Part shown: piece by piece, positions 45,214 to 53,945 of the stretch | Numbering within the stretch: position 1 is the first letter of the stretch | Layout: each line of letters starts with the position of its first letter | Virus record (IMG/VR): IMGVR_UViG_3300042866_000779 | Coordinates: 1 to 61,391 of that record | Source of the DNA: a virus | Taxonomy: Duplodnaviria > Caudoviricetes | DNA: 61,391 nucleotides | Direction: 5' to 3' (one strand) | Made by a program: the position numbers and the translations under genes | The notes under the pieces: generated by a model | What the model was told of the DNA's origin: nothing | The model's database searches: none | What the model saw: only the letters and a program-made list of their open reading frames with translations

Positions 45214-45450
45214 ATGCCCAACACCGCAGTAGAATTGACCGAGAGACAGGAAGAAATCCTGCGTTACGTTGCCAGCCATGTCGAACTGAATGGGTTCCAA
45301 CCCAGCTTCAGGGAGATGATGGATCGGTTCAAGATCAGGAGCCTGAACGGAATCACCTGCCACCTCAAGGCTATGGAGAGGAAGGGTGTCATCCAGTGTA
45401 ACTTCAATACCTCCCGTGCAATCTCGTTCAACTGGAAGGAGTGGCTATGA
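45214..45450 (+). CDS. Stand-alone LexA-type winged-helix DNA-binding domain (no peptidase domain)
   Basis: LTERQEEILRYV...GFQPSFREM...SLNGITCHLKAMERKGVI. Confidence 0.85.
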   Translation: MPNTAVELTERQEEILRYVASHVELNGFQPSFREMMDRFKIRSLNGITCHLKAMERKGVIQCNFNTSRAISFNWKEWL

Positions 45451-46283
45451 AGGCATACATCTACACCCGTGTCTCAACTGTGGATCAGAACCTGACCCCG
45501 GAGTGGCAGGCCAGCGTGTGCCAGACCTACTACGAGACAAGCCTTAAAGACAAAGGCTATGAACTGGCTGGTGTGTTCCATGACCACGGTGTGTCAGCTT
45601 GGAAAATCAACTGGCGTGACAGGCCAAAGGGCAGGGAGTTGTTCAACTTGGTCAAGCCGGGGGACATCATCATTGCCCCCAAGCAAGACCGTGTGTTTCG
45701 TTCAGCCCGGGACAAAGAGAACACCATCCACTACCTTCAGCAAGTGGGGATCGACATTGCGATTCTTGACGCAATGCTGGACACCACTACCGCACCGGGC
45801 AGGTTTGCCGCCCGCATCATCGCAGCGGGGTGCGAGTTTGAGAGTGACACCAAAAGCGAGAGGCAGAAGGCTGCCCACTCTGTTCGGAAGATTCACAAGT
45901 TGCCCATGAAGAAACGCCCACCGGCTGGGTGGAAGTGGGACCGGGCGATTGATGAACTGGTCCCAGACTGGGACGAGCGGCGATTGCTGGCCATGATCTA
46001 TGACCTGAGGGATCGCGGCATTCAGACAGTCGCTGGCTCTGCCCGCACCCTCAAGGACAACGGGGTCAAGCGTGACTGCGGCTACGGCTACAACAAGGCG
46101 TGGCTGTGCCGTGCATACGGCAGCTTCTTGAGGAACTTCCCCCCGGAAGGATTCACCAAGTCCCGTGGCAACACCAAGGTGGCAGTGAAAGCTGGGCGGG
46201 TTAGGTCCTCTTTGTCTCGTGCTGAACGCGAGAGAATCCTGCGCTCGACCGAAGTCGCCCCAGTTTTGCGGCCATCAACTTAG
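45447..46283 (+). CDS. Serine recombinase (resolvase family)
   Basis: YIYTRVSTVDQ; DHGVSA; RPKG; DRVFRS; EFESDTKSER. Confidence 0.9.
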   Translation: MKAYIYTRVSTVDQNLTPEWQASVCQTYYETSLKDKGYELAGVFHDHGVSAWKINWRDRPKGRELFNLVKPGDIIIAPKQDRVFRSARDKENTIHYLQQVGIDIAILDAMLDTTTAPGRFAARIIAAGCEFESDTKSERQKAAHSVRKIHKLPMKKRPPAGWKWDRAIDELVPDWDERRLLAMIYDLRDRGIQTVAGSARTLKDNGVKRDCGYGYNKAWLCRAYGSFLRNFPPEGFTKSRGNTKVAVKAGRVRSSLSRAERERILRSTEVAPVLRPST

Positions 46284-46755
46284 CCACCTGCCGGGTGCTG
46301 ATCCCCTTGTCCCTTGCCATCTGCCGGATGCTGGTGCCCTCAATAACGTGTTCCGTAATCCACTGCCGGTCCTCGGCAGGCAGGGCATGGAGGGCCACCA
46401 GCATCTCGGCGGGTGGGCCCTCATCTTCCCGGGCTGGAAGCCTTCTCTCTATGACTTCCAGCGTGACCCGGTAGACGCTCCTCGACAGGGCACCAAGCCC
46501 ACCATTGGAGCGTATCTCTGACCTGCAACTCTTCAGTAACTCATGCAGGATCGCCCGTGAAAAGTAAGCACTCATCCCCCGCGAGGGATCGTAGGTGCGG
46601 GCAGCCATCACGCAAGCCAACCGGGCGGCAGACTCAAGTTCTTCCCTATCTACCACCTCCCGCAGACACGGGTAGGACTCAAGGAAATAGTGCAGGCACG
46701 GAGGGATTAACTCCAGTGCCCGCTCTGCGTAACCCTGCTGGTCTTGGTTGAGCAT
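46201..46755 (-). CDS. Sigma-70 family (region 2 + region 4) sigma factor-like protein
   Basis: EELESAARLACVMAARTYDPSRG (region 2); LHALPAEDRQ...GTSIRQMARDKGIS (region 4 HTH). Confidence 0.75.
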   Translation of the reverse strand: MLNQDQQGYAERALELIPPCLHYFLESYPCLREVVDREELESAARLACVMAARTYDPSRGMSAYFSRAILHELLKSCRSEIRSNGGLGALSRSVYRVTLEVIERRLPAREDEGPPAEMLVALHALPAEDRQWITEHVIEGTSIRQMARDKGISTRQVAKLMAAKLGRLRSSAGFSRVQHETKRT

Positions 46756-46757
46756 GA

Positions 46758-46940
46758 TCACATTCGTGCATGGGTTGCCTCCCGCCACACGCGACTGCAA
46801 TGGACTTCATAGCAGTCCTTACAGCGGACATCTTCCGTTGTTACACCATAGGGGTCAACAGTGACGGTAGCCTTGGCACCACAGTCCACGCACTCACCAC
46901 GGGCAGGGGCTGGGCCTGTCTCTTCGACGGGCATAGGCAT
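46758..46940 (-). CDS. Small Zn-finger protein
   Basis: CVDC...CKDC. Confidence 0.55.
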   Translation of the reverse strand: MPMPVEETGPAPARGECVDCGAKATVTVDPYGVTTEDVRCKDCYEVHCSRVWREATHARM

Positions 46941-47235
46941 ACTCCTCTATCTTCTTGCGGGCAATCTCGGGGGCCACCTCCAGCACAGCGCAGGCATCCT
47001 CAAACGTCACGGTGCCCACCCCTCCCTGCATCCACCTCTCCGCTGCCGTCCAAGCGTCACGCTGGCACATCCCAAAGCTCTTGTCTGAGTAATGATCAAG
47101 GCCACGGGCTTGCCTGAAAAGGTTACGCGACTCCTTGATGCGGGCAGTGGCATCGGCCATGAGCCCCACACAGAGGAGCCGCCAGCCCCCAGTCACAGTC
47201 AGGTCATCCAGATGCTTTGTCTCAACGTCGCTCAT
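46894..47235 (-). CDS. Hypothetical protein (possible transcription regulator)
   Basis: TFEDACAVLEVAPE motif. Confidence 0.6.
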   Translation of the reverse strand: MSDVETKHLDDLTVTGGWRLLCVGLMADATARIKESRNLFRQARGLDHYSDKSFGMCQRDAWTAAERWMQGGVGTVTFEDACAVLEVAPEIARKKIEEYAYARRRDRPSPCPW

Positions 47236-47500
47236 TGGCACTCCCTTCAAGATCGACCAACATCAAACAGTTCGCCGCAGCATGGGCGGCATGGGGCTCC
47301 GACCTGTCCCCGGCCATCCACAACACCAAGTGGCGAATGGCATGATTGACCATCTCTTCTTTGGGCAGCCCCCTCCAGTTGTCATCTCCATAGCGGGCAG
47401 CCCCCTTCGCCATAGCCTCGGCCACAGCCTGTAATCCAAGGGGAGGGATCAAGTCGAACCGCTCTCGGACTGCCCCTCTCTTGGCTCCGTTGGCATACAC
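47222..47500 (-). CDS. dATP/dGTP diphosphohydrolase-like (DUF5664); start uncertain
   Basis: GAKR...RFDLIPP...GAARYGDDNWRG...HAIRH...HAAHAAAN. Confidence 0.75.
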   Translation of the reverse strand: MYANGAKRGAVRERFDLIPPLGLQAVAEAMAKGAARYGDDNWRGLPKEEMVNHAIRHLVLWMAGDRSEPHAAHAAANCLMLVDLEGSANERR

Positions 47501-47829
47501 GCGGAGGTCACCATCCGCGAGATTGCCAGCCAGTCCACAAGCCGCATGGTGACCAGCCACTCCGTGCGATTCTTCTTGTGTGCCACCACTGCAAGCTTGT
47601 GACCGGCCTCCCGAACGGCACGTTCCATTACTGGATGGATGGACAAGGCTTCTACTGCCTTGCTCTCCAAGAACAGACCGGGCATCTCCTCCACCAAGAC
47701 ATCGCTTGTCTCGCCTGCCCCACAGTATTGCTGCGACCTTCTTGCTGACTCCCATCCCATAACCTCCTTGAGTTCCTGCGCTAATAACCTCTCGGCTCTT
47801 GCCCCCTTGGCTCGACTATTCAGTGGCAT
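47449..47829 (-). CDS. Holliday junction resolvase, Hjc/PD-(D/E)XK type
   Basis: NSRAKGARAER...SDV...LESK. Confidence 0.8.
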   Translation of the reverse strand: MPLNSRAKGARAERLLAQELKEVMGWESARRSQQYCGAGETSDVLVEEMPGLFLESKAVEALSIHPVMERAVREAGHKLAVVAHKKNRTEWLVTMRLVDWLAISRMVTSACMPTEPREGQSESGST

Positions 47830-48076
47830 GGCCACCCTCCCTCTCTCGCTTTGCCATTTCCTTCTTCAGCCACGCTGGCAGCTTCGGCTTGTAACCCATG
47901 AACAGGTATCTGTGCTGCACCCGCAGGGTCCCGTTGGTGACCGGCCTCAGAACGTGCTGGTAGGTAAACCTCCTGCCCTCAACGGCATAGGTCAGGTACT
48001 CCACGATGTCCTCGTCTTGCAGCTTCTCGGCCCGCCCGCACAGCGGACCACCCACATAGACAACCCGGCGTTTCAT
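47816..48076 (-). CDS. Hypothetical protein (YVGGPLCG motif)
   Basis: GAGGGG SD; ATGA overlap. Confidence 0.65.
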   Translation of the reverse strand: MKRRVVYVGGPLCGRAEKLQDEDIVEYLTYAVEGRRFTYQHVLRPVTNGTLRVQHRYLFMGYKPKLPAWLKKEMAKREREGGHATE

Positions 48077-48387
48077 GCGTCCCCCTCTTTCTTGAATGCC
48101 CCGCCCGGGGTCATGTGCCCCTTCCGATCCTTGATCTCCTCGTAGGCCGCAGCCAGACACACCGGCAGCGTCAGCCCCGACAGCTTGGCAAGGATGATCA
48201 GCACCACGGTGCAGTCACCGATGCCGTCTATCACCCCAGCCTCATCGTTCTTGATGATGGCATCGGCCAACTCCCCCACCTCGGACACCAGCTTGAGAGC
48301 CTGAGCCTTGGCATCAGAGTGGGTGATGATCTGCCGGTCGGCAGCCCACCTCTCGGTCTGTTCAATCAGGTAATCCGTAGACTTCAC
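48073..48387 (-). CDS. MazG-like nucleotide pyrophosphohydrolase
   Basis: WAADR..QALKLVSEVGELADAI...DGIGD...AYEEIKDRKG. Confidence 0.88.
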   Translation of the reverse strand: MKSTDYLIEQTERWAADRQIITHSDAKAQALKLVSEVGELADAIIKNDEAGVIDGIGDCTVVLIILAKLSGLTLPVCLAAAYEEIKDRKGHMTPGGAFKKEGDA

Positions 48388-48458
48388 GGCATCTCTCCTT
48401 GGGGTTAGGGCAGCGGAAACGATCTGTTGCTTGACTGCCATGCAGCGGTGTAGGCACA

Positions 48459-48893
48459 TCACTCTCTCTCCATGACCATGAATGGGGCTCGGGATGTCAG
48501 GAGTCGAGCGTTCTTCTCACGCTCCTCGGCCACCCATTGGGGCAGGGGCTTGGGGTCCTCCTTGAGTCCGGCCCGGTGAAGCAGCTTGGCCAGAAACTCA
48601 AGGTCGAACATCTCTTCCCCGTCCTCTTCCAGCTTGGCCGTGAGGATGTGGCCCAGCGTCAACTCACGCCGGGAATCCCCGTCATGGTGCAGCCGGTGGC
48701 AGTCCTCACAAACGGGTAAAAGATTCCGGTGATCGTGAGGATCAAGGCCGCGCCGCCCCACGATGTGGTGCAGGCAGATGGTCTTCCCCCACCGCTTCAC
48801 ATACTTGGGGTGCCAGCACACGGCACACCTCTCTGCCATGAGGGCATAGGCTTCAAGCTGGCGGCGGATGCGGTCGCTCTTCTTGCTGGGCAT
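48459..48893 (-). CDS. HNH endonuclease
   Basis: CAVC...LHHIV...NLLPVCEDCH. Confidence 0.8.
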   Translation of the reverse strand: MPSKKSDRIRRQLEAYALMAERCAVCWHPKYVKRWGKTICLHHIVGRRGLDPHDHRNLLPVCEDCHRLHHDGDSRRELTLGHILTAKLEEDGEEMFDLEFLAKLLHRAGLKEDPKPLPQWVAEEREKNARLLTSRAPFMVMERE

Positions 48894-48895
48894 GG

Positions 48896-49084
48896 TTAGT
48901 TCCCCAGCTTGGCAGCTTGCCGTGGAGTCAGGCCGATGCGACCACCGAAGTCACTCGTCCATCCCAGCTTGGGGATGATGCCCTTGGTGATCTCAAGGTG
49001 GCACTCCATGCACTTGGGGACGTTGACCCCATCCTTCTCTTCGTGCCAGACCTCTGCCTTATCGCCGCACTTGCACTTCATCAT
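48896..49084 (-). CDS. Small Zn-finger protein
   Basis: CKC...CMECH; AAGGAG SD. Confidence 0.6.
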   Translation of the reverse strand: MMKCKCGDKAEVWHEEKDGVNVPKCMECHLEITKGIIPKLGWTSDFGGRIGLTPRQAAKLGN

Positions 49085-49146
49085 GGTTCTCCTTGGTGTA
49101 TTGAAAGCCGGTTTTGATGGCCCGGGTCCGGCAACCGGGATGCAAA

Positions 49147-49497
49147 CTAGAAAGCGTCATCGAAGGCGGCGGTCGATGCAGCCTGTTGCTTCTGCCACTT
49201 CTGCCAGCCATTGCCCGGGAGGTAGCTGCCGTCCTTCCCCTTGCGACGGGGGAACAACTTGTTGCCAACTCGGGTCTGCCCGAAACCAAGGGTGGCACCA
49301 CAGTCCTTACAGACCATTTCGTGGTACACGTTCCCGTCCCTCTCACGAACTGCGGGCACGGTATTGGGACTGTCGCAGGCACCACACACGCTGTTGCTGA
49401 ACACCTCGACGGCATTGGACAGTTCAGTGAAACACTCTTTCACATCGCTGCCCTCCACCTCAATCTCCATCCGATCTGTCTTGTGTCGAATCTTCAT
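49147..49497 (-). CDS. Zn-ribbon protein with acidic-aromatic tail (possible ssDNA-binding protein)
   Basis: CGAC...CKDC; C-terminus FDDAF resembles SSB tails. Confidence 0.6.
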   Translation of the reverse strand: MKIRHKTDRMEIEVEGSDVKECFTELSNAVEVFSNSVCGACDSPNTVPAVRERDGNVYHEMVCKDCGATLGFGQTRVGNKLFPRRKGKDGSYLPGNGWQKWQKQQAASTAAFDDAF

Positions 49498-50036
49498 CGA
49501 CCTGCCTCCTTGGGAAACTCACTGGGAGTAATGACAGGTTGCCCACCAACCCAGCAAATGGATGGACCTGTGTATGTGTAATCACCTTCATCGAACGGGC
49601 ATTCTTCAGCGTCACCATCGGCACGGTCGAACTCTGTCAAGAGCCGAAGATAGTCAGTGCCAACGATGTCGATGCCTGCCTGCATGACGGCAACTTTCTC
49701 TTTAGCTTTCTGCCTCTGCCGGTCGGCACGAACCAATGCCTTCCTGTGTTTCTTGTCGCGGTTCTGTTGCTTTGCTGATGGGGAAAAAGCCCTTGAGTAA
49801 TCGGATGTAACAAGCCCACGAAAACGAAGCTCTTGCATTACATAGGGAGGGCAGTGTGTCATGTTCTCAAGGCACCACAGTAGGTAGCCATCGTCAACTT
49901 CTGACACCGGACAGTGCCGGTACTTCCCGAACCCCATTACCGCGTCGGCCACCCTGTTTTCTTGGGCAATCCTTCTCTCAACCATCTTGTCCTTGGCTGG
50001 CCTTCCACCGTCAGTGGTAACCCTTACCCTTGTCAT
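49494..50036 (-). CDS. Protein with a DUF3820-like (FGKY...YLxW) motif
   Basis: MGFGKYRHCPVSEVDDGYLLWCLEN; GGAGGT SD. Confidence 0.65.
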   Translation of the reverse strand: MTRVRVTTDGGRPAKDKMVERRIAQENRVADAVMGFGKYRHCPVSEVDDGYLLWCLENMTHCPPYVMQELRFRGLVTSDYSRAFSPSAKQQNRDKKHRKALVRADRQRQKAKEKVAVMQAGIDIVGTDYLRLLTEFDRADGDAEECPFDEGDYTYTGPSICWVGGQPVITPSEFPKEAGR

Positions 50037-50386
50037 TTCAACCTCCCTTGTTGACTGTTTACTAGTGCCCACAACCCACACTGGGTAGACCCGGAGTGAG
50101 CGGGTGAACAGTGACTCCACCCCGGAGGGTAAAGTCACTGAACAAGTCGGGCATCCCCGTCGTTTCGCTTGTTCACAGCGGGTGGCATAGGATTACGGGG
50201 AGCCACCATCGTTCGTCACGATCTCCTGCCCCGAAGTGGCGGGCACTTGCCTGCGTCAGCCGCTGAGTCACCAAACGTCTGCTATCCACTCCACAGATTT
50301 CTCTGTGTTTACTCCACCGTTTTGGCCGCAGCCCCGAAGGCTGGTGGAAACACCTCTGCCCCTCAGTGGGCTATGTACTACCAGCG

Positions 50387-50917
50387 TTACCCTGCCTGTG
50401 ATTTTTGGGCAAGGGTTCGGTCAAAAGATTTTTTTATTTCCAGCGTGTCGAGTGACAGCAACTCGGACTGCGGAACGAAGTAGGCGGGAGGCCGATTGTT
50501 GGGGGCTCTCTTCCACCGCTCCTGCTTCGCTGCCTTGCCCAGAATCCAACCGTGGATGACGTACTCAGGCATCATGCCGGTGACCAGCACGAAGCAGTCA
50601 GTGTCAGAGTCAGCTTCACGAACGATCAGCTTGTAGTCATGGCTACTGCTGGTCCGTATCTGGAGTTCACCAACGTCGCCACGGGAGTAGGTGTTGACGG
50701 CACCATCCCAGTACAGGTTCAACGCTTTGGCTGCGGCCATCTCCCCGCCAGCACCCTCGGCATCGACACCCCAGACCTCTAGGCCGCTCAGTCCGTAGGC
50801 TGGCTTAGAGCCCTTGGCCCTACTCAGGACGGTTCTCCTGACCCCGGTGTAGGCAGCCAGCATCATCTCCTGCGTGGACAGGGTGACCTTGATAGGCGTG
50901 TTGCTGCGGCTCACCAT
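50387..50917 (-). CDS. Phage hypothetical protein (nuclease-like fold possible)
   Basis: GAGGEMAAAKAL...DVG..QIRT...IHGWI motifs. Confidence 0.65.
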   Translation of the reverse strand: MVSRSNTPIKVTLSTQEMMLAAYTGVRRTVLSRAKGSKPAYGLSGLEVWGVDAEGAGGEMAAAKALNLYWDGAVNTYSRGDVGELQIRTSSSHDYKLIVREADSDTDCFVLVTGMMPEYVIHGWILGKAAKQERWKRAPNNRPPAYFVPQSELLSLDTLEIKKSFDRTLAQKSQAG

Positions 50918-52488
50918 GAGGCCACCCCCCGCTCTTCAAGGGCCTTCATCCGCCGGTCCACTTCCTGCCTGAAGGCGACCGTCCACATGGCGTTCAGCTT
51001 GGCATCCCTGAGGGCCCACTGGAGCCAACTCAGAGGGATGGCCGGGTCCCGTAGGGGGCGACGTTTCCACTTTCCAAAGGGAACGTAGTAGCCCTTGATC
51101 TTGGGGGTCTTAACGTCCGGCCTGTCGAACAGGTCCCGGGACCGGGAGTCGAAGGTGACCCCGACCACACAGGACTTCCTCCGCTCCCGCTCGGCCTCCC
51201 GCTCCAGCCGCTCCATCTCCTTGAGGGCATCAAGCTCGGCCTGAAGGGCAGCGTCGAGTTCATCCAGCGTCACCTCCTCGTCAGCCTTGTCCTCCTTGAT
51301 TTTGTCGATGATCTCCTTCGGGCCCGCCAGCAACATATCTATGGCAGTGACCGGGGAGTGGAACCGGCTGGTGTTGGTGATGTCGTGGAAATCCCATGTC
51401 GGCTTGGCACTGGCAGCGATGGCAGCCAGCCTCTCCTCTGCCGTGTTCAGTCCATCCAGAGTCCCCGTCAGTGCCCGTGTGCCTCTGCCTAATCCTTGGA
51501 GGAACGTGCCCTTGTGTTTGGTGGGGGCGGCATTGAAGATTTCATTGACCATTGGGCAATCCCATCCGCGACCAAGCACACGGCAGTTGGTGATCAGCGT
51601 GTTCTCGCCGGACTCAAACTTCCTGATCTCAAGGTCGCGCTCCTCGGGTGGTTGCTCACCCCACACGCACGACACCTTCAATCCATAGCGGTCCACCAGC
51701 ATCTCTCTGATGGCCTTGGCTTGGGGCACAGACCGGCAGCGGATCACCCCGTGGGATTTCTTGTGGTGCTGGAAGACAAGCTGGCAGATGTCATTCCTGA
51801 CTGCCTCGGACATGAGGATGCCGTCGATCTCATGAGGCAGGAAGTCAACCTTGGTCTTGGACAGTTCATCGAAGTTGATCGACCGCACCGTGTGGACGGT
51901 GACCCTTGGCTTGACCAGCCAGCCCTGTGAGAAAGCCTCGGACAGTTCCATGCTGTAGGGGCAGGATGTGTAGAAGCCGAACAGCGGGCTTTTCTTGTCG
52001 GCGCGTTGGGGAGTCGCGGTTACTCCCAGCACCCGTGCCCCGGCGGCAATGAACTCCTGCATCATCTCCCTGAATTTCACAGAGAAATGGATGTCGCATT
52101 CGTCAATGATGATCAGGTCAACGTGCCCCACGAACCGCTTGTAGCGACCGTCACTCTTGAGGGTCTGGTGGGTGGCCACGACCCACTCATCACCCGGGTC
52201 AGCCTTGAGCATGGCCTGTTCGACACTGGCAACCCGGCCCCGGAGCCTGCGGATGGTGGCAACGGTCTGCTTGTTCACATTGTCTTGACCCGACACCACC
52301 ATCACCCGTGCCCCTTCGCGGGGCAGGGCGACGAACGTGGTGGTTTTGCCGACACCCGTAGGCAAGACGAGAAGGACCGCTTGGTTCCCCTCCCGAAATG
52401 CCTGCCGGATGGCGACGATGGCTTCCTTCTGGTAGGGGCGAAGGACTTCAGTGTCGAACAGGGGAAGGAAGACTTGTCCTTTACGCAT
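50911..52488 (-). CDS. SF2 DEAD/DEAH-box helicase
   Basis: LRPYQ, LPTGVGKT, IIIDECD, TATP, LGRGWDCP, QGLGRGTR. Confidence 0.92.
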   Translation of the reverse strand: MRKGQVFLPLFDTEVLRPYQKEAIVAIRQAFREGNQAVLLVLPTGVGKTTTFVALPREGARVMVVSGQDNVNKQTVATIRRLRGRVASVEQAMLKADPGDEWVVATHQTLKSDGRYKRFVGHVDLIIIDECDIHFSVKFREMMQEFIAAGARVLGVTATPQRADKKSPLFGFYTSCPYSMELSEAFSQGWLVKPRVTVHTVRSINFDELSKTKVDFLPHEIDGILMSEAVRNDICQLVFQHHKKSHGVIRCRSVPQAKAIREMLVDRYGLKVSCVWGEQPPEERDLEIRKFESGENTLITNCRVLGRGWDCPMVNEIFNAAPTKHKGTFLQGLGRGTRALTGTLDGLNTAEERLAAIAASAKPTWDFHDITNTSRFHSPVTAIDMLLAGPKEIIDKIKEDKADEEVTLDELDAALQAELDALKEMERLEREAERERRKSCVVGVTFDSRSRDLFDRPDVKTPKIKGYYVPFGKWKRRPLRDPAIPLSWLQWALRDAKLNAMWTVAFRQEVDRRMKALEERGVASW

Positions 52489-52706
52489 CAGGCACCTTCC
52501 TTTCTTCGCCGCTCCTCACGCTCTGCCTGTGCTTGCAGCTTTCCGTATTTCCCGACCAGTTCTTCTCGCAGAATTACATACTCAGGGGGCGCGTCGATCC
52601 CGATCCGCACGGCCCCCCCGCTCGACACGTTGATCACCGTAATCTTGATGCCGCCCGGTTCGATCACGATGGTCTGATTCACCCTTCGTCCTAGTACCAG
52701 CATCAC
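52488..52706 (-). CDS. csrA: Carbon storage regulator CsrA-like RNA-binding protein
   Basis: MLVLGRRVNQTIVI...VRIGIDAPPEYVILREEL. Confidence 0.9.
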   Translation of the reverse strand: MMLVLGRRVNQTIVIEPGGIKITVINVSSGGAVRIGIDAPPEYVILREELVGKYGKLQAQAEREERRRKEGA

Positions 52707-53254
52707 TCACCTCCATGCGTAATTGGTTCGATCCCCAAGACTCCATCCACCGACTGCTTTCGCGGGCGACCACGCCGCTTCTTCACTGGAGCATCCGGCT
52801 GGCTGCCTGATGGATGTCCGTGTCCTGCCTCTGGGCGTACCTCCCCACCCAACGCTGGCCCCACTCCCGCTCCGACCACTGGGACTGGACGAACTTGATC
52901 CTCTCCGCGAAGTCCTCTGGGATCGGGCGCAACTTCCCGCTCCTCGCTGACCGGCGTTGCTGGATGAACGCGGACTTCAGTTCGTGGAACCGGCACTGCG
53001 GCATCCGGTTGCGAACCTCCATGAACTCCAGTCCCTGCGACACCAGTTGGCTCAACAGCAACTCGTCCTCGTCCGTCATCTCGCGGAAGTAAGCCATCGA
53101 AGAAGTTCTCCGCTTGGGTGTCCAAGGCCCGCTGCATCGTTCGCAACTCAGCGAACACCAATGGCAGCACCTTCATCAGCACGTTGGGCAAGTCATTGAG
53201 GGTGGCCTTGCACAGGTAACCCTCAAGCTGGTCTATGTCGCTCTGGCTAAGCAC
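52703..53254 (-). CDS. Hypothetical protein with C-terminal KKRRGRPRK AT-hook-like motif
   Basis: GGAGGAGG SD; stop overlaps the csrA start. Confidence 0.6.
   Translation of the reverse strand: MLSQSDIDQLEGYLCKATLNDLPNVLMKVLPLVFAELRTMQRALDTQAENFFDGLLPRDDGRGRVAVEPTGVAGTGVHGGSQPDAAVPVPRTEVRVHPATPVSEEREVAPDPRGLRGEDQVRPVPVVGAGVGPALGGEVRPEAGHGHPSGSQPDAPVKKRRGRPRKQSVDGVLGIEPITHGGE
52783..53097 (-). CDS. Nested alternative-frame hypothetical protein
   Basis: 104-aa ORF with protein-like composition (PEDFAERIKFVQSQWSERE). Confidence 0.45.
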   Translation of the reverse strand: MAYFREMTDEDELLLSQLVSQGLEFMEVRNRMPQCRFHELKSAFIQQRRSARSGKLRPIPEDFAERIKFVQSQWSEREWGQRWVGRYAQRQDTDIHQAASRMLQ

Positions 53255-53942
53255 TGACCACCTCCTCCTTTGGGAGAAGGGCACCGAACTGGCGGCGCAG
53301 CTTGGCCATCTCGTCAGCACTCAGGTCGCCGCTCTCGACCATCCCGTCGGCCTGACCCATGACCTTGGCCAACTCGGCGGGCAGCTTGACCAGCGTCTTG
53401 CACTTGGCTTCCACCCTCCTGAACAGATCGTTCTTGGGTGTCTTGGGTGCAGGGGCAGGGTCCTTCTCCTTGGCCACCTCGGCGTTGACCTGAGAGTGAG
53501 CTTCCTCGGCTTGCTCAAGGTCTTCGGCACCAACGCTCCAGCCACCGGCAAGCTGCAAGAAGAGTTGCTTCTTGGTGTAGGTGGACGCAGCCTCAAGGGA
53601 CTGGTTGTCCTCCCTGCGGTTGCCGTTCTTGTCGATCATGTCCCGCATAGGGAGGACGCACGACAACCACTCTCCCGTGTTGTGCATCAGCCGTCCGACC
53701 ATGACCAACTCGGTGCCCATGTAACCAGTCTGAAACACCGGCATGGGGAAGCCGTGCTTGTTCAGGGCAGGGAGCAAGGCCACGCAGATGTCGCCCAGAG
53801 TCGAATAGTCAAACTTGCCGTACTCATTGCGGCCCGTCTTCCTGATCGGCTTGTACTCCATCTGTGCCTTTGCCAACGCAGTTACTAACTGCTTGGTTTC
53901 CGGGGAAGAAGTGACGCCGCGAATGTAGTTGTCGATTTCCAT
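53247..53942 (-). CDS. erf: ERF-family single-strand annealing protein
   Basis: LVTALAKAQ...K.G.N....Y..L.DI...L.KHG; LMHNTGEW; ASTYTKK. Confidence 0.85.
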   Translation of the reverse strand: MEIDNYIRGVTSSPETKQLVTALAKAQMEYKPIRKTGRNEYGKFDYSTLGDICVALLPALNKHGFPMPVFQTGYMGTELVMVGRLMHNTGEWLSCVLPMRDMIDKNGNRREDNQSLEAASTYTKKQLFLQLAGGWSVGAEDLEQAEEAHSQVNAEVAKEKDPAPAPKTPKNDLFRRVEAKCKTLVKLPAELAKVMGQADGMVESGDLSADEMAKLRRQFGALLPKEEVVSA

Positions 53943-53945
53943 GTG

